Below, one piece after another: positions 49,001 to 62,019 of a stretch of 64,000 bases of DNA. The translations under genes were made by a program, and so were the position numbers. The notes beneath the pieces were generated by a model. The model saw nothing but the letters and a program-made list of their open reading frames with translations. It did not search any database and was not told the origin of the DNA. Source of the DNA: Nymphaea colorata. Its lineage: Eukaryota. The stretch spans positions 16,926,001-16,990,000 of the forward strand of contig NC_045138.2 of assembly GCF_008831285.2 (NCBI RefSeq), in the 5' to 3' direction. Within the stretch, counting starts at the first letter, position 1. The number at the start of each line of letters is the position of its first letter.

Positions 49001-51661
49001 AGTCTCAGTCACTGGGTTCAAAACATCGGGTAAATGCATACAGAATTCCATCACAACAGGTTATGTGATGTGCACAATGTAGTGTTCAAAACATGCCATT
49101 TGCTTCTTTATATTTCTGAGTATTGTATCACCACATAAGCATTGTTGATGACAACATGAATCTGGTAGGAAACATGAAATACTACTAAAATGATTAACTA
49201 TGCTATGTTTTGAAAGTAGTCATATGTAGCTTATTAAGAATCCATATGCAGACAACCAGCAAGAGATTCATAAATTTCTAGCAGTGAAGCAGGAAATTTA
49301 GTAATATTAACTATTAAGACTAGAATTCAAGCATTGGCACCTTAACAGACTAAGCAACACAAGAGAAAAGCTTTCCACTACAGCAGTCCACGAAACCAAA
49401 ATCATACAAGTTAATATCTAATAGAGCCAAAAACCCATCAAAAAAGCTGTCATAAAATAAAATGAATTACCGTAAGATGATTGTGTGGGAAAAAATGATA
49501 AATAAATACAAACAGGCAATGGGCAGCATTCCACGAAAAACTAACATTATACCAGTTAATATCTGATAGGGTCAAAAGGGCCATCAGATAAAACTGTTAC
49601 AATACAACATAAAGTGAATTACTATAAGGGGATTGTGTGAAAAAAATATAAATAAATATCAACAGGCAATGGTTGCATCATAAAGGAAAGAGTAAAACAA
49701 CATAACACGACACTTTTAAAAAACACCTGTACCAAGAACACGGACGGTGCAGTTTGATGCCTCTTGAATGGACTTTATTGTAGCTCCCTGTTTCCCAATC
49801 AGGCTTCCAGCCTGGGTAGCAGCAACCAGAAGTCGTGTTGAAATCATTCCACCTCCACTTGGTGGGGCATGGCCAGATTCACCATCTAAACCATCAATAA
49901 TACGTTTGTGAACTCTCAGAAGGCCATCCATTGCTGGAGAAATTGAAGCATCCTGCTCCTCCTTTGCTGAAATAATAACCTTAAAGATGTACAAACAACA
50001 TGCAGAAAGATAAGTTAGACTATGTGCAAATCTAAACGGATGTTAAAAATTAAAAAAACTCCTTTTTTTGGGCAAACCAGGCAAAAGCAGAAAAGAAACT
50101 GGGGAGAAACTCAGGATATTAGAAGTTTTTCAAAATATGAATTGAAGAGTACATTTGGATTCCTCAGGCAACTAAACTTATTTAGAGAAGAAGGGACACA
50201 TTTTATCTGCATTTCTTCAGACAACTGAGTTTAAAAAGTAGAAACATAATTAACACTGTAAAAGGAATATAAAGTAACTAAAATTTTCTGTATTAAATAA
50301 ATCAAGTTGGTTTACATTTTGTAAGTCGTCAATATACCTTGACGGTGGCAATTCATGTGATAACTGACAAGACTGTTGACATTCAACAAAACAATGGAAT
50401 TAAAGTACAGACATATAGGAGTGTATGTGTTTTATAATCCCATAAATTTAAATCTGATTAACAACAATCTCATCATGTCAACTAGCACCAGCAGGATTGC
50501 TTTACAACTTACAAAAAGCAAAGTTGAGAAGTGATTCATTCTTTCTGTCCTCCAGCACAGCTAATGACAGTAATTTGCTTAAAACAGGAAATGGACATAT
50601 TCCAAAGAATGTCAACTGCTTGATGCCCCAGTGAATTTGAGAAGATCAAGCACAGAGGAGGAGGAGGAGGAGGTGGTGGAGGGAAGGGGTGAAGGAGGCA
50701 TGGGAAGAGAGAGAGATTGCAGCACAGACAAAGGCCAAAAGAGACCTTCTTAAAAACCTAGTTTCAGACAAAATCACCGAAACATGAGACGCTTGAAACC
50801 AAAAAAATATTATTATGATGATAATGTAGACAACGCCTTAAAGTGTTAATAAGCCAAAGGTAATACACGTCCAGATTACCACCGCTGAAAAATAATATGA
50901 TGAAGACCATAACATAGGTATTTTCAACAGCTCGATATTAATGATATGTACCCCTGCCTTACCCACTGTAACCCACATGGTACTCATTGACGTGTTCGTG
51001 CATGTGTTGTACCCCTGCCTTACCCACTGTAACCCACATGGTACTCATTGATGTATTCGTGCATGTGTAGTGTATCAGCACCTGCACCTACATAGCTGAT
51101 GAACCAAAGGAAGCAAGAAAAGGAAAAGTAGAAAGCCATGAAGAAAGAAAATAAAATATGCCATAAGTAAAAGCAGGAGACATGCCACGATAGAAAGGAA
51201 AGATAACTGCTTCATAATCAAGCACCTTATATCTTTACAAAGTGGCATCCAAAAAACACCAAGAATATGAGAAGCTACTTGCTGGTGCCTACACTTAATA
51301 TATGCATCTACCACAGTACGTTTGCACTAAAATAGCCTTTATCAACTCTAACAAAATAGGAGCAACACGAACTCACAGCTCTTTCCGGTGCACCTGGAAC
51401 ACCATCAAGAATCTTAATGCGTGCCCTGCTCTCCTCACACATCTTTTTGATGAACTCTCCTTTTCTACCAATAATACCACCAACTTTCTGTGCAGGAACC
51501 AGCAGACGGAAGACACTCTCCCCCGGCCATCCAGGCCACCTTTTATCACTACCACCTCCAGCACCTACCTCATCATCACGGGCCCTTTTTTGGTTAGAAT
51601 GTGTATTCCCAGGCACTCCGGCCGTTTCTTGATCAGAAAATGTTTCGGCAGAGGCAGCCAT
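46071..51661 (-). CDS. FLK: FLOWERING LOCUS K-like triple-KH RNA-binding protein, ~441 aa; exons 51661-51377, 49979-49727, 47937-47789, 47589-47323, 47198-47004, 46247-46071
   Basis: [30 protein letters not shown] (KH1), [17 protein letters not shown] (KH2), [28 protein letters not shown] (KH3). Exon phases are consistent; one GC-AG intron. Confidence 0.92.
48310..48609. mobile_element. hAT-type MITE in an FLK intron
   Basis: Ends cagttttataaaa / ttttaaacaacattg; imperfect 8-bp TSD tcacaaac / tcataaat. Confidence 0.6.
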
Positions 51662-52127
51662 AATATAATATCTGTTGAACAAGAATTAAAAGCCTGATCA
51701 GCCTATTTCACATCCACAGGAATGCTAGAAGCAGAACTATGAGTTCCATAATGAATCAGCAATTTGGGATATATATCGATAAAACACATATGAGAACTGG
51801 ACTGACATTTTCCGCCAATAGTTGGAGAAAACAAATATAGGAACATGGTGTGCCAATTAGAAGTACTACAAAGTACAACCAACAAAAATAATCTAAAGGC
51901 ATGTTTCATGATTAAATGAAATACTAAAAATCATACACATAATTTGCTAGAACAATTGAAGGTGAAAGAAATGCAAATTAATATCTAACATATCTAATTT
52001 AGGGAGTCAGAGTCTCCAGTTTCCTAGATTATTCACCGAGCAAGCACAAGCCTCAGATTCAAGGTGTGTTTGCCACTTTAAGTATAGAATTCACATTTCA
52101 GCGTTGCCGAAAGAGAAATGTCATCAC

Positions 52128-52731
52128 CAGTGTTATCTGTAACATACAATATGACTCGTCTGGGTGAAGAAAACCTAGACGATACAGGCTCGATACACGA
52201 TACGTCTGTGTATTGTGCCCATATTGGGTGTATCATACAATACACATGATACATCCCATATTTGTATCACCCCATATCTTACGATACGGTGTTAAAATTT
52301 GAAACAGGACCCCAAGGCCCCTTTTTGCATCATTCTTTTAAACTGAGACCCTCTCTCTAACTAAACTTCTCTAAAAGCTGTAAAGAGGGAGAGATTTTGC
52401 TGGTTTCTCCAAAAAAATTGCTGTTTTGAGGAAGTAACTATCGATTTATTGAACTTGTAATGTAGTTTACTAGACTGAAGAGTCTATAACACTCTAAGGT
52501 CTAAAGTCTAAACTCGTATGTGATAGATGCTCTTTAAATTTGTTATGCGCTTTTTTTATATGAAATATATTGCTCTTGATTTTTCTGCTTTTTTGGATAT
52601 TTTCCTTATTCTTTACTATTTTTAGTGTTTTTTAATTAAAAATTCAATTTTACGATACGTTACGGTACATTTATGATACGTTATAGGTCAGCCCGACCGA
52701 TACATGATACGATATGCCAGTGACAACATTG
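52128..52731. mobile_element. hAT-type MITE with CGATAC subterminal repeats in the FLK 5'UTR intron
   Basis: Ends cagtgttatc / gacaacattg; TSD gtcatcac / atcatcac. An empty-site paralog lies at ~54268-54470. Confidence 0.85.
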
Positions 52732-55397
52732 ATCATCACATCATTTGTTAAATGACAAAACAAACCATATAATCAGCATTTTATAAAGCCAATGACAAAC
52801 AATTTTTTCTGCTATTGTTCGCTAGACAAACAAGTGTTTAAAGAATCATCCTCTTCCCTGAAATATACATTATTATAAGTCGTATTCTATGGTATCAAAA
52901 GCATACCTATGCCTGGTAGGCTTCCTAGGCTTGTCTGGTCATTTAGCGTTACATGTCCTACACAATCTGGAACAGAAGAACACCTTGGGCTGGCTCAGCT
53001 ATGCACCCAACAGCCTAGGCTTTTCCCCTTTTCCTGCTGTCTAATCAGGATTTCTGTTTTCCTCTCTCGCTCTTTGTCTTCCTCACCCACACCTATGCCC
53101 ACAATTGCATGTGCACCTATGTGACAGCTCATAAAAGGCATCCTAACTTAGAGCTTCTCTTTTCTGAGTTCTGGCATGTCAGACATTCTATCCAGAACAA
53201 TGTTATCAGCCTAATTTCCTACCCACTAGAGTAAAGTTGCATATTTCAGCTGTCAAACAATATTTTAAAGCTTCTCAAAAGTGCAAGACTTAGCTTGAGC
53301 AAAGTATGTTGTCTCTTTCAAGATTTAAGGAGGTACTTGCCATCACAATTATGTTTGTTATGTCGGTACACAGGCCACACATACACAGTTGATAATGCAT
53401 TCAGGTCTTGCTCAAAACTAACTAGCAGTAGCCATCATGGTTTGGCCACATGGAGCATAAAGAATGTTCTTGCCGAAGTCAAATCTTTGTTGAAGGTTAT
53501 AGGCCACAAATGGTAGTACAGGAACTCTTTCTTTTGCCTTTTAAACTGAATTAAGTGAATTCTCTTTAGGGTAAGAAAGATTTATAACAAAAGGTGACTG
53601 ATTTAGCTTTAAAAACATTTCAAAAAAAAAAAGAGAACAACTCACATGACAATGTTAGTAGCTCCTCATCACAGTTGCTAGAAACTTTCAAAACCTTTCA
53701 AAATCACCTAAGAAACACAAAAGCATGCCTCCTTTCATGCTTATGGAGATATATGGTTATAATATAAATTTTAACCTCCACAGCACTGAAATACATTTAC
53801 CCACAAGATACTGAAAACAATATTTTATTAAAGGCATAAATGGTTAATGGTTATTTATTTAGAATACTCTTGCTTTATGATTAGAGTACAATAAACAAGG
53901 CTATATTTTGCCAAAAAGGTTCACACAATGCAAATCAGCAAAAAACATTGTGTTCACTTTTTTTTTAAGACCATTTCTTATCAGTTTAATAGCCATCTTA
54001 AGCACATCTCCTTATGCCGCCTAAGCCTCTCAAAGGTGACAGTCCAATCATTTCCAGAGTTTTCCCTTTCTCAATTTCTGGACCAGTTTTCTATCTCATT
54101 AGCTACAAATTTGGTGTTTCTATCTGTGATCGTGGCCAGTCATTTATCTGCATTTTAGATTCTTCTTTCTATTACTTTTCTTACATGTGCTAGATTGGCA
54201 CCTTCTTTTAAGTTCCTATTGCTATCCTTCATGCATATGACACATTAACACCTCTCTACCTCAATTACAGAATTCACATTCAGCGTTACCAAAAGAGAAG
54301 TATCATCAAATCAATTTGTTAAATGACAAAATAAACTATATCATCAGCATTCAATAAAACCAATAACAACAAATCTTTCTGATACTGGTGGGCTTAAAAC
54401 TGGTGTTGCTGTGGCAAGCTCTAGTAGACATGAATCATCCTCTGCCCTAAAAGATATATTATTATTAAGTCTAAATAACATGGGTATGTGTGACTGCCCC
54501 ACATACCTGCTCCGGTATGTGGAAGCAGGTACGGCAGGGCCAATGGTACGGCTTCGATAGGATCTGGGTCAGACCCATTCCAAACCATAATATATGAATG
54601 TTTAAAAGAAAAAATGTCAAGTTTCACCTCGATCAAGTGGATATTGCCATAGTGGTTTCATGTGCTCAATAGGTCTATTATCCCATGAAGTTGAAGTCAA
54701 CAACCTGAAAATTAGTATGTTTCTTGTACCCCATAAGGAGCGTAAGAAGCCATTGTTTGCACGATTTTGTGCCGCTGCACTAACCTGAAATTATTATTGT
54801 ATAGATGCAATGCCCCTGGCAGGCCGGCATTGCAATTACACCATAGTAACCCCAGACCACTACACCAAAACACAACATACAAAAGAAAGGTCAAGGATAA
54901 ACAAAGGCAAGCACGTGTAATTATCTTCTCATAGGTGCCAACAACGAAAAAACTACAAGCAAACAACATTGATCAGCTACAAGACCTATGGAGGCAAAGG
55001 CAAATATCCCCAAGCTATCTCGATAGGTTGCAAAATGAATGGGCTGCATTGTTACATGCGTTACACAGCCATCTCTTAAAAGTAATGACAAAGCAACAGT
55101 GAGCATTGCCCTGAACCTCAATCTTCTGGTTCAATGTCCCTCTTGTTTCCAACTGAAAATTACCCTTCTAAAACAGCGGCTACCAACAACTACATATCCA
55201 ATGAAACTCATTCACCAAACGAAACCAGATGGCTGCGAGCAGTCCAACACCGCCAAGCCAAAAAAAGGAGGACTGTGGAGTCAAGACTGAAAAACAAAAA
55301 AACACCCCTGGAAAAAACAAGACCGCCACAGTAATGAACACGCGATGAATAACACAGGTACCCACAAACATTCGCATTTAGAAACGCCATACCACGC

Positions 55398-55409
55398 AGA
55401 GAGAGAGAG

Positions 55410-55466
<57 letters not shown>
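55398..55466. repeat. (GA)n microsatellite; (TA)n tracts also at ~2272-2300, 3738-3795, 18844-18865, 23375-23402, 37750-37779, 44585-44608, 57196-57232
   Basis: Direct reading of the sequence. Confidence 0.95.
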
Positions 55467-55469
<3 letters not shown>

Positions 55470-55790
55470 GAAAGGTTACAGAAACACTAATAATCAATTA
55501 TTGCTAACTAATTCACCCAAAAAAACAAACGCGCAAGAGAAGCCATCTCCCAAATTGTTCGTAACTCAGGAGAACGCACGACAGAAAGCATTCCGAATAA
55601 GCTAAACGCGAGACTCAAGCCAATATGCTGGTTCGCCTCCCACCAACCAAAACCCTAGAACAACGCCACAGACGCCAAATTCGGAGAAAACGCGAATGGA
55701 AAGCCAAAAAGCGACTACAGTACAAATCTTGCACCAAACCAAAAAAATGGAAAAGAAACAGAAGAATGGATAAGGCAGACGGCAACTCAC

Positions 55791-55990
55791 AGTACTTTCA
55801 GTAGGTAGAGGAGAGAGATTCCTGCGATGGATCCTTTAATGGCGGAAACAGCGAGGACGCCAGCAATTTCTTCAGAGGGAGGGAGAGAGCGAAGGAGAGA
55901 GAAACTAGGGGTTTGTGGGTTGTGTGCTAAGCGCGGTTCGATTGCCTCGCTCTCCCTCTCTCTCTGTCCCTCGCGTGAACACACGCACAA
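55791..55990 (-). other. Probable non-coding first exon (5'UTR) of FLK
   Basis: Minus-strand GTGAGT donor at 55790-55785, pyrimidine-rich leader, and a CAG acceptor at 51674-51672 just upstream of the ATG. The upstream boundary is approximate. Confidence 0.6.
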
Positions 55991-57193
55991 GACAGACCCA
56001 CACCCACACGTTGGCTTCTTTTCCGGGGTTCCCCTGTCCAGCACTTACGGGCGTATTCAGTTCTCCCTTTTTGTAATTGACGGATTCGTGCCTCTCTTTT
56101 TTAAACTTTAAATCAGAACTTAAATTTAGTTTGCCAGTAAAATGACATAATACAATTAAAAAAAAACAAGATTTAATTAAAAAATAATTTAATATGTGAT
56201 CTTACAAAGTCAGTGTGCAAACAAAAGTACAAACTAACTCTTAACCATAGATTAGTTTCACAATTCTTGTTAGTTTAAGCCTGTTTGGTATTTTTTTTGT
56301 TTCACTTAGCCCCACACAAAAACTGGTTTGGAAGAAGGAACAGATGGGACAGGTTGTTCTCGTTAAGATGCTAAAATGATGTCCATGTTGAACACACACA
56401 AATTATTTGCATATTGAAATTCCCTGCACCTCTTCTCCAAGGAGCAGGGAAATGGCATCCAATATGATTCCATGCGTTTTAATTAAGTATTTCAACTAGC
56501 TGTGGGATTAACTCTATGTGTCGAACTTTAACCTCATTACGACTTGAAATCTTAACTCTGAATTTTAACCAAGTGAATAGAGTGCATCTTTTGATTCGTC
56601 GACGTCGCACATGAGTGGCTCACTCTTCTCTGTCGTTCTAATTTGCAGTATTAATTTCTCTGTTGTTCCAAATCCACCGAATATATTCGGGGAAACCATT
56701 CGTCATGGCCTTCATCCATGATGCATATGTAAAGTTTTTGAAAGTTATGTGCACAAAGTATTAATGAGAAAACTTGCGAGCGCCATAATATGTGCCAAAA
56801 TTCTCGTGCGCAGGCACTCTCCTTACAAGCAGCACAGTCGGCGGAAAAGAAGGAAGATGAGGACGCAGAAAAAGTAGACATGAGAGAAAGATGCAAAATA
56901 AAACCTCACTTGGATAGAGCTCTTCACAGTGATGATGGAGATGAATGAAGCTGCTTGCAGCAACGAAGATGATCGCAGGACCGGTAGCCGGAATGGAGGG
57001 AGGCGGTGAGCAACAGAGAGAGCCACGAAGAAGGGCGTGGCGGTGGCAGTGAGGAAGAGACAAAGGGAGCAAGAGAGAAGGGGAGAGATAGAGGAGAATG
57101 AGAGGGAGAAGAAGGCTCGAAGGCGAGTGACAGTAGACGCTTTCGAGCGTCTGTTCTGTGTTCTCATTCAGAACGATGCATACTCTCTCTCTT

Positions 57194-57234
<41 letters not shown>

Positions 57235-57769
57235 GTTCAAACCTACTTTGCATGATGACGGGACGCAAAATCTTTATCATTAATGTTTTATTTAGTTTAA
57301 GACTCAAAATATAAAAAGTTTAAAACAATTTTAGGATTTATTTAATCAATTAGTTAAAAATGTTGGCACCACTATTGTTGGAGACTTAAAAAGTTTTCAT
57401 AATGTATAATTTACTTAATTGAGAAAAAAACTTTAAGGGGGCAACTAATAAAAAAGTTATTTTATTTGGCCAATTAATAAATATTTTTTAATTAGACAAA
57501 CAATTATATGACCAAGAAACCTTTTTTAATTAACCCGGTCGAGTCATTACCGGGACATAATATTGGACACACTAATTAAGAATTCTCAACAAAGTTTGTT
57601 ATTTTTTTAGAAATATAAAAACTAACATTGAATAAACACAATTAACTTAGTTGATTATGAACCATTTGGTTAACTTAGTTGATGGTCTATAAGGTATCAT
57701 GTGCAAAGTTATCAGCGACGGCAAATGTCTTATTGGCAATGGTAATCGCGGTCGCCAATGGTACTTTGT

Positions 57770-59425
57770 GGCATGATTTGATTCGTATTATGACACCTTG
57801 GTCCAATGGTCCCCAATTGATGAGAAGTAACCAACATCATTTTTCACATGCATTTGCAACTTTATTCATTATGGGTCGGAAAATGGTAGGGACTACGATG
57901 ATAGTTTATGAGAAAGCACATATCAATCATATTATTAAGTGATTATGTTTTTCATATGTTGGACTATATATTTGAGCCCTACCTTAGATGGTTAGGGATT
58001 TATAGGGTTTGTCGTCATACTGTGAAGATTTAGTCTTCTGTTTATTCTCTTTTTCAGGTTTTGACATACTCAAGGCAGCAGTCATCTATGCATCGTATTT
58101 TTGTCCTATCGATGTCTTGTTTTTTTGTTTAGAAATCAAAGATTTATTTTGAGAGTGTTTTCGTCATGAGGGTCTCAACTAATTTCTTCAAGTTCAAACT
58201 CATTCACCAATCTTTTCGTGGTGTAGATCGTAACATTATCATTCTCAATCTTTCTCTCTAACATCAGTTTAGCTAACCAATGTCCTCTCTGTCTCACCGC
58301 GGCTAAGTCTCGGATCCACCTTTTTACTTTTTATCATTTCTTCTTTGGTGTTCTTACCTCTGCATGACCTTTCATTTTTAGTAGTCTTTCAGATCCACTC
58401 TCCATTCGTCTTTTTTCCCTCTTTTGTCATTCCTCCTACATGTCCATTTTCTAGGGTCGTGTTTGTAGGTTGTGGTTCATTTTTCTTTAGTGGTGCATTT
58501 GATAGGAGAGCAACAATAAGGTCTTCAGGGGTACCTTCTCATCGCCGAATTTTGTGGCTCGTCTTATGCAGGGGATGTCCAGTTTGCTATTCGGCTGCGG
58601 CGCCTTGCTCGGTCTGTAGCTGGGTGACTGTGTCGCTCCTTCTATCTATTCTCTCCCCACTCCTCTTATTTTGTTTTGTTGTACGGTTGTCTTGCATATT
58701 TAGTCTTTTTATTTCTGTTCTTGCGGTTTGCTTTTATATCTAGGGGACATCTTGTCCCCAAATTTTGTTATGAATTTTCATTTTATCGGCTCTCTTCAAA
58801 TAATTTTTTGAATGGAATGATGGAGTTTATTAGCTTTTTAAAACATTTGGCTTTGTTGAGGCATTGAAGCAATCGTCTTCTCTCCGAGAGATTAAATGCA
58901 AATTTTGCCTTTCCCCTTTACAATCAGGTAGGCTAAGCAGCTTATTGTAAATGCAAAGGACAAAATTCACACGAGACAAGACATTTAATTTACCTCTATC
59001 CACAATCACCAAATTTCTCCTAATACAAACATATTCTCTCTGTTATGCGCTCACCTTTTCTTGGTGGTTGTAGTTAACCTGTCGATCACCCATTATAGCA
59101 CCACAAAATACACACCAAATAAAATACAAGTAACGATAGAAGCTGACTGCCTCAATGCCTCAACAAACTCAAAGTGATGGACTTAGCCGACAGGTGCGGA
59201 CTCATGCTTAGGAGACGCCTAGGTGTGGACTAGTCCGCGCCTTAGCAACTAAGATCTGCACTATAAAAAGATTGAAGAACGAGTTTGAACTTGAAGCAAA
59301 ATGAGTTTGCTCGTGTCCTAATGAATAAAGTTGGAAATGCATGTGAAAAAATAATACTTGCTATACTTCTCATTTACTGCGGGCCATTGGATCAAGGTGT
59401 GATTTCACAAGTCAAATCGCACCAT
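57770..59425 (+). repeat. Hairpin family A, interrupted copy (arms ~57770-57878 and ~59253-59425)
   Basis: Arms are reverse complementary and homologous to 63511-63956; ~1.4 kb of unrelated sequence lies between them. Confidence 0.8.
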
Positions 59426-59983
59426 ACTCAAAGCTAATCGAGCAGCCAAAAAGAAAAGCAAGATTGGAGACATTAGCAATGTGGCAAAACTTGCTACTTA
59501 AGATGATAGGCCTTGAGGGATGAAAATATTCATTTCATATCATGTTTTAACTTGCACACATTGCATGAATTCAAATGCACCTTATAGAAGGTACATACCC
59601 ATCAATACTCAGGGTTAATTGTATTTCTCATTGGAAGAAAGATACTAGAGATTGAAGCAATGATTTCAGTCTTCATTGTAGTTAAGCTAGATTTAGAAAT
59701 CGGAAGTGCGCATGCAACAAAAATACACTCAAGAGAAAAAATATGGGGTTGCGGTATTTTGAAAATTTTTAATAAAAATATGTATGGGTTTGCGGTATTT
59801 TGAAAAATTTTAATAAAAATACGTACATTTTAGAATTTTAACATTTTCAAAAAACCCCTTCTAAAAGTCTCCATTTTTTATTTAATCTGAGGCATTTTGG
59901 CCATTGCACACCCCTGTGCATGCACAGGAGCGTGCATGTAATTCAGTTTCGCTGTGTTGAGGATGACTCTAATCAAAGACACC

Positions 59984-60380
59984 TTCCTTGCCAGGAACAG
60001 TCCAAATGTCACGGCCAGGTTGACGTGACTAACTGTGACGCACTAACACATTCCAAAACCAACAATTACTTCCTGTAACTTGAACCCATAACGTAGTAAA
60101 ACTTATTTATACAGGAGTTTATGCTTTTAGTAACGCCAAAATTTATCATCTTCTCAGCAGAAAGTAACATAGATAATTTATTTATTGCATGAACCTATAA
60201 ATAATGTTACTTTCTGCTGAGAAGGTGATAAACTTTGGCGTTACTAAAGGCATAAATTTTTGAATCAACCAGTTTTACTATATTATGGGTTCAAGTTGGA
60301 GGAAGTAATTGCTGCTTTTGGGCGCTATTGGTGTGTTGCAGGTGGTCGCATTAGAAGTTTGGCCTGTTGTTGGCAAGGAT
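59984..60380 (+). ncRNA. Long fold-back hairpin B1 (candidate hpRNA/MIRNA precursor)
   Basis: ~60025-60170 pairs with 60204-60349 without indels, around a 33-nt loop. An outer stem 59984-60010 pairs with 60354-60380. Transcription is not demonstrated. Confidence 0.6.
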
Positions 60381-60556
60381 ACTCAGGGTTTTCATCAAAC
60401 AATGATTTCGACTACAATGAATACAAATGAAAGGAAAGAAAAACAAAGAACAGATAAGAGAAGCGACTTCTAACTAGCCTTCTGCTTACCATATGCTGAA
60501 GAGGAGCTTCTTCCATTATAAAAGACGAAAAGTTTGTTCTGTACACACGGCCAGGT

Positions 60557-60904
60557 TAATGTGACTTCCTGCAACAAACTAACACAGCCAAAAACCAACA
60601 ATTACTTCCTTCAACTTGAACCCATGACCTAGTAAAACTGCTTTACACAGGCGTTTATGCTTTTGGTAATACCAAAATTTATCATCTTTTCAGCAGAAAG
60701 TAACATAGGTAACTTATTTCTTGCATGAACCCATAAATAAATAATCTTTGTTACTTTCAGCTGAAAAGATGATAAACTTTGGTGTTACTAAAAGCATAAA
60801 TTTTTGAATCAGCCAGTTTTACTATATTATGGGTTCAAGTTGGAGGAAGTAATTGTTAGTTTTGGTCTGTGTTGGTGTGTTACTGTGTTGCAGGTGGTCG
60901 CATT
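60557..60904 (+). ncRNA. Long fold-back hairpin B2, tandem copy of B1 (period 536 bp)
   Basis: 60557-60705 pairs with 60749-60904. Unit starts acggccagg at 60011 and 60547; a partial third start lies at ~61115. Confidence 0.6.
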
Positions 60905-61782
60905 AGACATTTGAACGGTTCCTGGCAAGAATACTGAGGGCTTCCATCAAACAATGGTTTCAACTAAAGGAATACAAATGAAAGGAAAGAAAAAGAAAGA
61001 ACAGAAATAAGAAGTGACTTCTAACTTGCCTTTTGCTTACTACTTGCTGAAGAGCAGCTTCTTCCATAATAAAAGATGAAAAGTTTGTTGTGTACACACT
61101 TACAGGTTAACGGCATGGCCAGGATAATGTGATTAACTGTGACACACTAAAAACACCTTGGTCTAAAAGTTTCTCATAATACATAATTGTTGTTGGTTAT
61201 TTTTTGTCGGTTATAGCGGCGAGTTTAAGCACCACTGCAGCTGTTTTGGGGAAGGTTTAACAACCCCCCAACTATAGGTCCTCATTAAATAAAAAATTAA
61301 ATTTTTTATAATGCAAATATTCATAAAATTTTTACATAAAACTATACCAGCGATAGATATTGGCTAGTATACATAACAACTTATATTGGCTGTAATAAAA
61401 TCACCTTTGGTATGAAACCCCCAAGACTATACCCTAATGTCTCTAAGCTTCTAGCTTGCCGTGGGCAATAGGTGAACCTACTATACACACTTTCCCACCA
61501 TTGACAGCCCAAATGAAAAACGCACTGGAACGTGCCAGCGGCCATGGGATTAGATCTAAAATTTTAAATTTTTATGAGAAACTAATATATAAGTAAGAAA
61601 AACTGCTGATAAATATTAATATAAAAGGGGAATTTTTTTGGGGTTTGTATGGATAATTATCCACACCTAGCCTACACCCCTGGTTAAATTTTCCCAAATG
61701 AGAGAATGAGATTTTCCCATGTTTAAAACCTCAAAACAGCTAAGTTATTTAGGCCTTGGGCAGCTAAGTTATTTATGTCTTG

Positions 61783-62019
61783 GGCCTCGTTTGATGCACA
61801 GCGATTGCGATTTTACCGTGCATCGGGAAAACTTGCAGTCTTTATACGGTTTTTCACTTTCAAATCAAACACAAGAAAAATTATACTAGCGAGTTAGATG
61901 GTTCAGGGTAATTTTACCCTGCAAAAAAGTTGAACCTCGGAGGGTTCGACTTTTTTCCATGGATTTTTTTTCATGATAAATTTACCATTCTAAATTTTAC
62001 CTGTGCATCAAACAGGGCC
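61783..62019. mobile_element. Tourist/PIF-Harbinger MITE
   Basis: TIRs ggcctcgtttgatgcaca / tgtgcatcaaacagggcc; 3-bp flanks ttg/ttg. Confidence 0.8.

Noticed and set aside
21701..51066. Short two-copy tandem repeats (21701-21799, 26068-26157, 26553-26618, 49387-49672, 50948-51067) as a CRISPR-like or regulatory array
   Set aside because: Simple local duplications in introns or intergenic DNA with no spacers; eukaryotic context.
56761..57255. Overlapping ORFs in a GA-rich segment upstream of FLK
   Set aside because: Low-complexity and microsatellite-driven; may be a lncRNA exon but cannot be supported.
60288..60311. ttggaggaa core resembling a miR2275 target site
   Set aside because: Only the central 9 nt match; both ends mismatch.
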